A stretch of 44,021 nt of DNA from a virus: UHGV virus genome UHGV-0153635. One strand, written 5' to 3'. Below are positions 1 through 7,833 of this stretch, in pieces (the stretch's first letter is position 1; the number at the start of each line of letters is the position of its first letter). The notes beneath the pieces are model-generated. The model was not told the origin of the DNA, did no database searches, and worked only from the letters and a program-made list of their open reading frames with translations. The position numbers and the translations under genes were made by a program.

Positions 1-536
1 TCCGAGCCATACTTCTCCGAGACATACTGAACCTTGCGAGCGCTCAGCCAATCCTCGGTCAACACTGTCACCCCCGTGCTTAGCCATTCCCCAGCAGCTG
101 CGTACTGCGCGGGCTGCCCCATGAGCACCCATTTGGGAGACTGGTACTGATGCAGCGCCCTCGCCAGGTACGTGCCGTTCTGTAAATCCCATACTAACCT
201 CTTTAGTTGCTCTGAATAGTAAACTGCACCAGCCATTTCTGGCATCAGCCCTTTTGATACTAGGAATCCGTAAAGCTGCGCCTGCAATTCCGCGCTCGTC
301 TGGTGAATCTGTATTAGCTGTGCGGGTGCAGGCAGCACCCTAGGCAGCACTTCCGGCTGCACCAGGGATACATATTGTTTGCGCTCACTGAGCGACGTAT
401 GACACCTGTGACAATACATCTGCCACGTATCAGGTTTATTGTAAAGCACTGCGGCAGGGGTTCTACCGCAGCATCTGAACCTGGCGGCTTGCCCCACAGC
501 CAGGCGCTTGCATGCTTGTAGCCAGGGGGCGTCCAT
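1..536 (-). CDS. DNA primase (DnaG/Toprim-type), 5' portion; gene continues across the window boundary into 43790..44021
   Basis: ATG at 536..534 preceded by GGAGAG RBS, 2 nt after the stop of the upstream gene; open frame runs to position 1 with no stop; the split codon (positions 2,1 + 44021) is in frame with the C-terminal segment; translated N-terminus contains a Cys/His cluster (C-x12-C-H-R-C-H). Confidence 0.6.
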   Translation of the reverse strand, partial: MDAPWLQACKRLAVGQAARFRCCGRTPAAVLYNKPDTWQMYCHRCHTSLSERKQYVSLVQPEVLPRVLPAPAQLIQIHQTSAELQAQLYGFLVSKGLMPEMAGAVYYSEQLKRLVWDLQNGTYLARALHQYQSPKWVLMGQPAQYAAAGEWLSTGVTVLTEDWLSARKVQYVSEKYGS

Positions 537-538
537 AG

Positions 539-1012
539 TTACTCTCCGTAAGGGTGTGCAATGGCTGGGTTTAGCGTAGTCTTACGCCCCTGCTGCTTCT
601 CCTTACGTTTGATATCCATAGCCATGCGCGTCAGGTCATGTGCTAGCTGCAAGGCTGCGTCAGGTGCAAGGTAGTTGTAACTCGCGAAATCCGGGAGTAT
701 TGAACGTATCTCAACCTCGCCAAACTCATTAGGGAGGATGTCCAAGTACTGTGTCTTACTTGGCACTGTGTAGTAACGCGCACTCTCCGGCGCTGGCGGG
801 AGCGGGTCGTCTTGCTCTACTTGAGAGGCTGCCTTGTACAGATCAAAGCGTTCAGACAGCACCCAACTACCCATGCTAAGGTCTGTCTTAATATAATCAT
901 AACCGCACTCCCGCTCCGTCGCCACTACTTCGTACAACTGCCCCTGCTCAACACCGTTAGCCTCGTTATCCTGATTACCTACAACGATGTCACCCACTTT
1001 AAACTTAGTCAT
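539..1012 (-). CDS. hypothetical early protein (157 aa)
   Basis: ORF track; same strand and tight packing with neighbours. Confidence 0.55.
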   Translation of the reverse strand: MTKFKVGDIVVGNQDNEANGVEQGQLYEVVATERECGYDYIKTDLSMGSWVLSERFDLYKAASQVEQDDPLPPAPESARYYTVPSKTQYLDILPNEFGEVEIRSILPDFASYNYLAPDAALQLAHDLTRMAMDIKRKEKQQGRKTTLNPAIAHPYGE

Positions 1013-1015
1013 ACC

Positions 1016-1246
1016 CTACCCCTCATATTTAGTGTTGAAACAGCCAGCATTAGCAGCAGCCTCAGCTTGTTCACGTTGATATAATTCCCAAAGAGCCTCT
1101 ACATCATAGCTTGTGAGCCACACCGTGTCTACGTTCGGGCTATCCTCCGGCCCCCAGGCTTGCTGGACCTTGTAGATACTCTTGCCCAGCGGCCCCCGGG
1201 GTGGCAGTACCTGGATGTCCAGGTTGTGCTGTGTTTGCTTAGTCAT
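1016..1246 (-). CDS. hypothetical protein (start ambiguous: ATG 1246 or ATG 1312)
   Basis: ORF track 1016..1312; ATG at 1246 has AAGGAG upstream and overlaps the upstream stop by only 8 nt. Confidence 0.4.
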   Translation of the reverse strand: MTKQTQHNLDIQVLPPRGPLGKSIYKVQQAWGPEDSPNVDTVWLTSYDVEALWELYQREQAEAAANAGCFNTKYEG

Positions 1247-1454
1247 GCTTAGGCATCTCCTTACCACAGTCCGCGCAGCAGCGCTCGGCCCCCTTTCCTT
1301 TAAACCACTCATGCTGGCACTGCTGCCTCAGAAGCTCTAGCAGCATCTTGTAAGCCTCTAGCTGGTATTCCTCGTTAAGTGAGATATTCATACGTGCCTT
1401 GTATATCTCCAACCACTTAACCTTCTCCTGCAACGTCTCAGCGTTAACTTGCAT
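1239..1454 (-). CDS. hypothetical protein (71 aa), C-terminal Cys cluster CCADC
   Basis: ORF track; ATG start; overlaps upstream stop. Confidence 0.45.
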   Translation of the reverse strand: MQVNAETLQEKVKWLEIYKARMNISLNEEYQLEAYKMLLELLRQQCQHEWFKGKGAERCCADCGKEMPKHD

Positions 1455-1632
1455 CAGGTAACTCCCCCGTCTTAATGAAATGCTCCAGGATTGGCAGTAA
1501 CTGCTGCGCTTGCTCTTGGCATAGTGAAATTGGATACTTCGTGGCCTCTGTTGTAAGGTCTAACGTTGTAACACTATCGTTATCAATGAGTAGCTGCACA
1601 GGGCCACACAACATTGTCTCTTTAAGCTGCAT
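1444..1632 (-). CDS. hypothetical protein (62 aa)
   Basis: ORF track; ATG start 1632 immediately after the stop of 1622..1948. Confidence 0.45.
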   Translation of the reverse strand: MQLKETMLCGPVQLLIDNDSVTTLDLTTEATKYPISLCQEQAQQLLPILEHFIKTGELPDAS

Positions 1633-1948
1633 AACTAACCCTCCAATCGTAGTAATCTTGTATAGCTTCGTAGAACGCTCTCTGAGCGCCTTTGTACCCT
1701 AAGCGCTGTAGTTGCCCTACCACGTCGAACTTAAGCTCTCCCAGGGCTTCCTGTGCGCTCTCAGGGCTATAGGCGTACCAGCCTTCCAGTAGGCGCAGCC
1801 CCTCGCGGTACTCAAAGCCTGTGCGCCACTGCAAAGGCGCTAGCTTCCGCAGCTGCACCGGGATATCCCGCAGGGACTTCAGGCCCATGCTTCGTTGCTG
1901 CTCCAGCATCTGCCAGAACAGCGCAGCGGTCTCAGCGGGAGTAAGCAT
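1622..1948 (-). CDS. hypothetical early protein (108 aa)
   Basis: ORF track; ATG at 1948 overlaps the stop of the upstream small ORF (TAATG). Confidence 0.55.
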   Translation of the reverse strand: MLTPAETAALFWQMLEQQRSMGLKSLRDIPVQLRKLAPLQWRTGFEYREGLRLLEGWYAYSPESAQEALGELKFDVVGQLQRLGYKGAQRAFYEAIQDYYDWRVSYAA

Positions 1949-2127
1949 TAGATAACCCCTTTAACGCCAAAGCGCTCACAGTACGTGCGCAGGCTCAGCC
2001 CTAGCTGACGTGCCCGTACCTGGTAGTAATGCTTAAGCCCCTGCTTAGCTGCGTGCTCCCGCGCTAAGCCCTCGATAGTTGGCTGCTCCTGCTTAATCAG
2101 GATAGCCTCTGGATTCTGTGCTGTCAT
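1948..2127 (-). CDS. hypothetical small protein (59 aa, below the track's 60-aa cutoff)
   Basis: Manual translation: ATG at 2127..2125 with AAGGAAG RBS; stop overlaps next ATG. Confidence 0.4.
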   Translation of the reverse strand: MTAQNPEAILIKQEQPTIEGLAREHAAKQGLKHYYQVRARQLGLSLRTYCERFGVKGVI

Positions 2128-2253
2128 TTTGTGCTTCCTTCTTCAATAAGTTTCATTGCCCGGCCCCAGGCTGACTCAGCGCTGAAGCCGTTAGCGAGTA
2201 GGTACTGCATGTACTGGTACGCAATGCTCTGGATAGTCATACCGTGCAACCTC

Positions 2254-2414
2254 TAAAGTGCTGTGATAAGTGTATTAGGGTAGCTGGCGCGTAAGCCCTG
2301 CCACGTTGCTGAGAAATAAAAATAAGCCTGGTGGCGAATCTTACGACGGTCCATATCCGGGTACAGCTTAGTGAGGGATTTTGTAATCTTGCTTAAGCGT
2401 TGTTGCTTTGTCAT
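2254..2414 (-). CDS. hypothetical small basic protein (~53 aa)
   Basis: Manual translation; ATG at 2414..2412 lies 9 nt downstream of the AGAGG inside the conserved 12-mer AGAGGTTGCACG. Confidence 0.3.
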
Positions 2415-2438
2415 GTCGTGCAACCTCTGTTTAGTTAG

Positions 2439-2636
2439 TTAGCGGAACAGCTCTAGCAAGCGCAGAATCAACCGCGCTATACCTTCGCAGATATAAGGTA
2501 GCAGCACTATAGCTGCCATGACCAGGAAGAACGTTAGCCAGAACATTTGCGGCCCCCAGTAAGCATCAGGAACAGCGCGAACATCTCTGCTTCGCGCTTG
2601 CGTTCTGTTTCGACTGTCTGATTGTTCATACTGCAC
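2439..2636 (-). CDS. hypothetical small membrane protein (track start is GTG; an internal ATG would give a 35-aa hydrophobic peptide)
   Basis: ORF track; hydrophobic stretch FWLTFFLVMAAIVLLPYI; start uncertain. Confidence 0.35.
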   Translation of the reverse strand: MQYEQSDSRNRTQARSRDVRAVPDAYWGPQMFWLTFFLVMAAIVLLPYICEGIARLILRLLELFR

Positions 2637-2639
2637 CTC

Positions 2640-2870
2640 TCAATAAAATACAACGCAACTGTACTTACCTGCACAGACGGTTATACGCTTATTAGCGTAG
2701 TCCCCTTCCCAGTACCTGGGGTAAGCAACCGGGGAGTAATCCGACCTGGTCACTGGTGTTTTAAAGCAGCTCTGTAAGTGCCTGTAAGCCCTCTCGAACA
2801 ACCCGCCCCGATACACAACCGCTTGAGCCTTGCGTGCCGTCCGAAACTGCTCTAACTCTGCGTAGGTCAT
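2640..2870 (-). CDS. hypothetical protein (~76 aa)
   Basis: ORF track 2640..2903 trimmed to ATG 2870, which has AGGAGA RBS and sits 1 nt after the upstream stop. Confidence 0.45.
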   Translation of the reverse strand: MTYAELEQFRTARKAQAVVYRGGLFERAYRHLQSCFKTPVTRSDYSPVAYPRYWEGDYANKRITVCAGKYSCVVFY

Positions 2871-2871
2871 A

Positions 2872-3114
2872 CTAAATCTCCTGGTCTGATTTACCGTCAA
2901 CAATAAGCAGCACTGGCTTATCAGGATAAGCGCCCTGGAAGCTCTGTAGCAGGCGCTTGCCTAAGCCCTTGCAGCCACCCTCCGGGTCCTCGTAAAGCTC
3001 GTACCCGGGCTGCCCTGTGACTTCTACGGTGCAGTACGGGATAGGTGCTGCTACGTTGCTGCTCAGTAGCAGCACTGCGGACTTAACCGCGATAGTAATT
3101 GTCTGAATCATCAT
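2872..3114 (-). CDS. hypothetical protein (80 aa)
   Basis: ORF track; ATG start; overlaps upstream stop. Confidence 0.5.
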   Translation of the reverse strand: MMIQTITIAVKSAVLLLSSNVAAPIPYCTVEVTGQPGYELYEDPEGGCKGLGKRLLQSFQGAYPDKPVLLIVDGKSDQEI

Positions 3115-3353
3115 TTAACTCCTCTTGGGATACGCCCTTTGCTGGCGTAGTAGCTGTTAATCTTGCTGTCGGTCTTGTTACCGATACTGCGTACGTTCGT
3201 ACTGAAGCCCTGTGGCCTTGCCCGGTCAGTAGCCTCAAAGGTCTGAAGCTTCTTCAGGCGCTTACGCTCCTCAGAGCCTTCTGGAGTCTGCGCAGCAGCT
3301 ACCAGAGCTTTGATTGACTGCTCGCGCTTCTTACAGAGTTTTAAGTAACCCAT
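3111..3353 (-). CDS. hypothetical basic protein (80 aa); first sizeable gene downstream of the early promoter block
   Basis: ORF track; ATG 3353 with AAGGGG RBS; Lys/Arg-rich. Confidence 0.55.
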   Translation of the reverse strand: MGYLKLCKKREQSIKALVAAAQTPEGSEERKRLKKLQTFEATDRARPQGFSTNVRSIGNKTDSKINSYYASKGRIPRGVK

Positions 3354-3699
3354 TTGAATCCCCTTAATTCTGCACCCTCGCTGTGAGGACGCTTAACTAA
3401 GAAACTTCTCTTAGCGAGTCACCCTTTACTGGTTAGACTCTCATCGGTTCTCCCTGCGGGAATGCCCGGACGCACCCTTCGACACATTTTCTTTGTGGCC
3501 TAGTGTCTCGCTCGACCTCCTCAGCAGATTTTTAACGTGACGCTGGGGACCCCACCTGACTTTAGCGGCACTTCACAGTGCGTTTGCTTGCTATCTAAGT
3601 TACTGCGTGTTTCTGTACTTGTCAAGCTCTGTTTCTGAACTTTTGCTCTTAACTCTCTAGCTAGCGCCTTGATAGGCTGGCTAGTTGCCAGCGCTACCG

Positions 3700-3846
3700 T
3701 TATAGCTTAATGCATTTGTGTCTAAGGAACCAGACACGCAGCCTACCTTGCTCCCCCTTGAGGGTTACAAGGCCGTGCTCATTGATTGTATCTACCGTTA
3801 CAATGAAACCAGTAGGGGTTAAGAATGAGTCGTTTTGCTTAATCAT
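3700..3846 (-). CDS. possible small ORF (48 aa) in the early leader region
   Basis: Manual translation; ATG 3846 with AAAGGTG RBS; no homology evidence. Confidence 0.2.
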   Translation of the reverse strand: MIKQNDSFLTPTGFIVTVDTINEHGLVTLKGEQGRLRVWFLRHKCIKL

Positions 3847-3998
3847 GATAGTACACCTTTAGTTAATGAGCCTATCAAGACACTAGCCGGATTGTTAAAG
3901 AGCGCTACTGCCTACTACTTATCGATTATCCAGGCTTCGTATGCCCTGGCGCTACTCCCCGTTACCGGGCGGCTCCTTGCCTCTCGATGTTGTGTTCA

Positions 3999-4026
3999 CT
4001 ATAAACAGGGCACTTCTAAATGTCAA
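3999..4026 (-). promoter_or_regulatory. sigma70-type promoter candidate (TTGACA - 17 bp - TATAGT), reading toward lower coordinates
   Basis: Minus strand reads TTGACAtttagaagtgccctgttTATAGT; hexamers and 17-bp spacing read directly. Confidence 0.5.
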
Positions 4027-4029
4027 ACT

Positions 4030-4515
4030 TTATTTTGCTCTGTGGAACTCTTTTGTTAATGCCGCGCTCACACGGACAGCCGCTGAGTGCGCAACCTCTG
4101 CGCTGCTATAACCCTCCTTGCAATAGCGCTTACCGTCCACCACTACCACGTATTTAAAACCGTCTACAGTTCGCTGCACCCATTTAAAACCGCTGGTATT
4201 ATTAGCCGGACGTTTACTATTGTGCCTGTTCTGCTGAGGTGTTGCAGCTCTCAGATTCTCCACTCTATTATCTTTTGGATTCCCGTTAATGTGGTCAACA
4301 ACCTCTGGGTAGAACCCGTGGTGCAGAGCAAATATAATCCTGTGTATACAGTAGTATGCGCCATCTACACGGATTACTCGGTAACCTTTAGCAATCTGAG
4401 TACCTAATGGTTTATTGGCCTGCCGCCCTTTACCAGGCACCCTCCAGTACAGAACGCCCTTTGTACTTTCATATCGCATGTTGCTACGCACAAAATCTAA
4501 ATCTAAATCCGCCAT
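4030..4515 (-). CDS. HNH homing endonuclease (paralog family member 1)
   Basis: VDHINGNPKDNRVENLR...QQNRHN HNH motif; ATG 4515 with AGAGGG RBS (track start 4551 is further upstream). Confidence 0.8.
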   Translation of the reverse strand: MADLDLDFVRSNMRYESTKGVLYWRVPGKGRQANKPLGTQIAKGYRVIRVDGAYYCIHRIIFALHHGFYPEVVDHINGNPKDNRVENLRAATPQQNRHNSKRPANNTSGFKWVQRTVDGFKYVVVVDGKRYCKEGYSSAEVAHSAAVRVSAALTKEFHRAK

Positions 4516-4634
4516 ATAATACCCTCTTAGTGTGTTGAAAAAGGGAAGCACTGTACAGCTAGTGCCTCCCCTCGGTTAATGTCACTGCCCGCACCGCATT
4601 AGCAGCGCTTTCCCGGTGCAACGTAAGCTATAGG

Positions 4635-4901
4635 TTACTTTAAGGCATTATGCATAGCAGCGCTAGGTACACAATACCGATCAAGAAACTCTGCTGCATC
4701 CGGATAAACCTCCCTGTACTTAAGCTGATTAAACTCTACATAGAACTCAACCAGCCCTAACCCAAGCAAGTGCATCCGCTTAGGCTTACCCAACCCCTCC
4801 CATAGCTGCAAGGATGTATCGTAAGCCGGATAGGAGCCTGCTTGCTTATGCATATAGTCGTAGATGCCCAGTAACCCTTTCTTCAATGCTACAGCATTCA
4901 T
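4635..4901 (-). CDS. hypothetical protein (88 aa)
   Basis: ORF track; ATG 4901 preceded by GAGGA within a duplicated upstream element. Confidence 0.55.
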   Translation of the reverse strand: MNAVALKKGLLGIYDYMHKQAGSYPAYDTSLQLWEGLGKPKRMHLLGLGLVEFYVEFNQLKYREVYPDAAEFLDRYCVPSAAMHNALK

Positions 4902-4903
4902 TT

Positions 4904-4955
4904 AAATGTCCTCAAATTAATTACCTATAGTATATAGCGTAGCGCCTATACGCTA
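4904..4955 (-). repeat. copy 1 of a duplicated ~45-bp upstream element (second copy 5555..5604)
   Basis: Shared core AAATGTCCTCAAATTAATTACC plus TATAG..AGCGTAGCG..TATA with hairpin potential, read on the plus strand in both copies. Confidence 0.5.
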
Positions 4956-5534
4956 AAACGGAAACTCTGAGTCGTCAAAGTGCACTAGCACTGTATCAGC
5001 AGTAGCTACAACCCCCGGTACAGTTCGCATAGCCTCAGCACGTTCCTGCTCTTGCAGTATAGAACGTATCGACATAACCTCAACCAGATACTGCAAGCCC
5101 CGCTCAGCCCTGCTAACAGCCCTCTCCGCACAGTACAGGAAATCCTCCCAGGCAACCGGGCAGTAACGCAGCTTCAGGCTCATAAGGTCCTGTACAGCGC
5201 TCAGGAGCATACCTCTCTGCACTGCATCTAGTCCCTGTATTACATCTATCCGGCTGTACAACTCCCTCTGCTTATCCTGTATAGCAGCAGCATCCAGAGC
5301 CTGCACTGTACCAATTAGCATAGGCTGTAACCCCCTGAGTCTGTCCAGTACTGGATTATCAGAATCCGCTAGCTCAACAGGCATTCCTAAGTGCCAGACC
5401 CTGGCTGTACCGGCATCACTACGAGGCTTATGCTGCTTCCTGGCTGGAGCAGGAACCTCACAGCCTAACTCCGTGTCCCAGTAGTAGTTCTGCTTCTTAC
5501 CGTCTACCCGGCGCTGCTTACGCAGTATCGTCAT
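4953..5534 (-). CDS. hypothetical protein (193 aa); leftmost gene in phage orientation
   Basis: ORF track; ATG 5534 with GAGGAGGG RBS. Confidence 0.55.
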   Translation of the reverse strand: MTILRKQRRVDGKKQNYYWDTELGCEVPAPARKQHKPRSDAGTARVWHLGMPVELADSDNPVLDRLRGLQPMLIGTVQALDAAAIQDKQRELYSRIDVIQGLDAVQRGMLLSAVQDLMSLKLRYCPVAWEDFLYCAERAVSRAERGLQYLVEVMSIRSILQEQERAEAMRTVPGVVATADTVLVHFDDSEFPF

Positions 5535-5554
5535 AGTACCCTCCTCAACATAGT

Positions 5555-5604
5555 AAATGTCCTCAAATTAATTACCCTCCTTATAGAGCGTAGCGAGTAT
5601 AAGG
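5555..5604 (-). repeat. copy 2 of the duplicated ~45-bp upstream element
   Basis: Same core as 4904..4955. Confidence 0.5.
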
Positions 5605-5632
5605 TTAGGTAACTCTGGTTAACTCTGAGATA

Positions 5633-5661
5633 ACTATAGCACTCTGTACCTTAACGTGCAA
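5633..5661 (-). promoter_or_regulatory. sigma70-type promoter candidate (TTGCAC - 17 bp - TATAGT) overlapping one copy of the conserved 12-mer
   Basis: Minus strand reads TTGCACgttaaggtacagagtgcTATAGT about 100 bp upstream of ATG 5534. Confidence 0.35.
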
Positions 5662-5689
5662 CCTCTGTAGTTAAAGCTGTGGCTAATCC

Positions 5690-5945
5690 TGTGCTATCTC
5701 CGGTCTATACCTGTGGAGTCTATGGCTATCCTTAGGCTATCACTGCGCTGCACAGAGAAGACGAAAAGAGGTAAGGCAGCGCCCACCTCCGCCACCACAC
5801 TAAGCACAGCCCAGAGCTATCACTCAGAGCCAACCAGAGCCACGCTAAGGCTATCACAGGGCTATCCCTATGCTATCCCATTGGCTATCCGGTAGAAGCG
5901 CTTAGAGAAGCTCCCAGAGCCTCGTAGAGGCCCCAGGCTATCCGC
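5690..5945. repeat. array of about nine GCTATC-core heptamer repeats (GGCTATC on plus, GATAGCC in phage orientation); candidate genome-terminus region
   Basis: Copies read at about 5693, 5724, 5735, 5816, 5849, 5860, 5870, 5883, 5937 in the only large intergenic gap between the last late gene and the first left-end gene. Confidence 0.55.
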
Positions 5946-6159
5946 TGGTAAGCACAGGCCCCCACCCCACCCCGGCCTTAGTTATGGCTGAGGCACCCCC
6001 TATGGGGGAACTGAGGGGCGTTGAGGGTGAGGGCCAGCCTCGCGTAAGTATAACATTTTTAGGGAGCGAGTATACACCTGCCCCAGTGACAATCCCATAC
6101 TAAGCCTGCCAGCTCTAGCAAGCCCAATGCACTGGCACTGAGCCTGCTCAGGGACCAAC

Positions 6160-7824
6160 CTAGCGCACAACGAACTTACCGAGGCTAATATCGTTAACCA
6201 GGGTAGCTACGATACTAGATAACTGCGTAGTAGTAAGGGTATTAACATCCCCACCGCGTAAGGTGGCGGCATTTGTAAACGGATACGCTTGCGGCTGCTT
6301 AGTATCGAAGAACTGATTCCCCTGCTCGTACCGGTAAGCTGGTGTAGTTGTATAAAGTATTCCGTTCGTAGTTACAGGAACAGAACAATTCACGATGTTT
6401 ACATGCGCAGCGAGACCGGCGCACTCAATAGGACGAGCAACAGTGCCGAACGGCTGAACACCTACCAGACGGTTTATGTTCAGGCTCTGTGCCGCCTGCG
6501 CATACAGATAAGAACTAGGAAGGCCGTTAACACCGCGAATATTCCAGTTATCTACTTCAATATGTCGGGCATTAATAATCTGGCAGATTGCTTGACCGTC
6601 TGCATCAGGATTTGCGCCAACAATACGCACATTCTTAATAGTGATGTCGGAAGTAGCTGTTGTGTTCGCCCCACAGTTAATCATAACAGCTTTAGAACCA
6701 GATTGTGTGCAGTGGATTGTCAACCCGTCAAACTCAATATCACCTAGATTTACTGTGTGAGAGGAGCCGGCCTGGCGTAAAAAGAACACAGCCCAATCCG
6801 TGTGGTTGGATATTAAGATATTACTAAAGCGCAGTCGTGTGACTTCTACCGGATAGAATCTGCATAAAATCCCCTGAGAGCAGTTTCGGATGAAGATGTT
6901 GTCGTAAGTGACATCACGTGAACCCTCAATAGCAATACCTGCATTACAACTTTCAATGTATAACCCGGTCACGCTGCCGTTGGAGAAGTTCGCGCGGAGG
7001 CCATGTGATTCACAGTTCTTGATGGTTACGCCGCTGATGTTTACACGCGTAATTGCAGTACCCCCACCAACGCCAGCCCCTAAATCGTCAGACTGAAGGC
7101 GCAACCCATTACCGCCGGAGCCATTAATGCTGACATCGTGAATCATCACGTTAAGTGTGCGACCTGGTTTGGATGAATCCACAAACACAGAAGATGCCCA
7201 AGTTGTTTGGGTGCGTACATGATGAATGTGCGCTTCGGTGGCATTACCAACAACAATCGCCATACCCTGCCGGTTACTTCCGTCTGGATTCTGTATTTGT
7301 CCGCGACCGCAGTCATGAGAATAAAGATTATCAGCAATTACCCAGCGTCCGTGCTCCATGGCTACGTTATTCTGCCACGCTCCCTGTAACTCGCACCCTG
7401 AAAGCTCAAGAGTACCAGCGGATTGCATAGCCAGCCCAACCCCTGGGGTAAAGGACGCATCCTGTCGATAAAAATCAAACAGGAAATTTCCAACGATACG
7501 AATATCATAGGGGGTGTAATCAAACTCCTGATTTGCTTCGTTCCAGGTACGAGGTGAACGCAACACAAACTGGCGAGAGTCTACGATTACTTTAGGTAGT
7601 TGCGTACGTATCCTTACATCTGTTGGGATAATAAATAACCCCTCTAAAGTTACCGGGGTGTAGGCCACCTCTATATTACCACCCGTAGATAGTGCCGCCT
7701 GTAATTCAGAGTCACTACGAACAACCTTCCAACCACTGAGTAGTCCGTCCAGCGCCGCGCCTACTGTAGTATCATTATAATCCACCTGGTATGCATCTAC
7801 GTGGATGTTTTCAACAAGGGCCAT
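6160..7824 (-). CDS. tailspike protein, right-handed beta-helix (pectate-lyase-like) polysaccharide depolymerase candidate
   Basis: 554 aa with recurring beta-helix-like motifs (IKNCESHG, IESCNAGIAIEGS, IRNCSQGI, IVNCSVP) and Gly/Asn/Ser/Thr-rich content; ATG 7824 with AAGGAG RBS; last gene of the late operon. Confidence 0.65.
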   Translation of the reverse strand: MALVENIHVDAYQVDYNDTTVGAALDGLLSGWKVVRSDSELQAALSTGGNIEVAYTPVTLEGLFIIPTDVRIRTQLPKVIVDSRQFVLRSPRTWNEANQEFDYTPYDIRIVGNFLFDFYRQDASFTPGVGLAMQSAGTLELSGCELQGAWQNNVAMEHGRWVIADNLYSHDCGRGQIQNPDGSNRQGMAIVVGNATEAHIHHVRTQTTWASSVFVDSSKPGRTLNVMIHDVSINGSGGNGLRLQSDDLGAGVGGGTAITRVNISGVTIKNCESHGLRANFSNGSVTGLYIESCNAGIAIEGSRDVTYDNIFIRNCSQGILCRFYPVEVTRLRFSNILISNHTDWAVFFLRQAGSSHTVNLGDIEFDGLTIHCTQSGSKAVMINCGANTTATSDITIKNVRIVGANPDADGQAICQIINARHIEVDNWNIRGVNGLPSSYLYAQAAQSLNINRLVGVQPFGTVARPIECAGLAAHVNIVNCSVPVTTNGILYTTTPAYRYEQGNQFFDTKQPQAYPFTNAATLRGGDVNTLTTTQLSSIVATLVNDISLGKFVVR

Positions 7825-7833
7825 ACTTACTCC

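Noticed and set aside
3841-3900. TTGATA - 19 bp - TACTAT as an additional early promoter
   Set aside because: The spacer is too long and the putative -10 overlaps the RBS/ATG of the 48-aa candidate ORF at 3846; more likely translation-initiation sequence.
5535-6160. Integration module or prophage boundary (att sites, integrase) in the large intergenic gap
   Set aside because: No integrase, recombinase or repressor-like ORF anywhere in the window; the gap is better explained as the terminal-repeat region of a lytic phage.
6289-6747. Plus-strand ORFs in the six-frame track (for example 6289..6747, 10388..10891, 15692..16198, 36244..36825, 40091..40534)
   Set aside because: Each lies wholly inside a long, well-supported minus-strand gene, lacks a convincing RBS and gives low-complexity or implausible translations; treated as shadow ORFs of a GC-rich genome.
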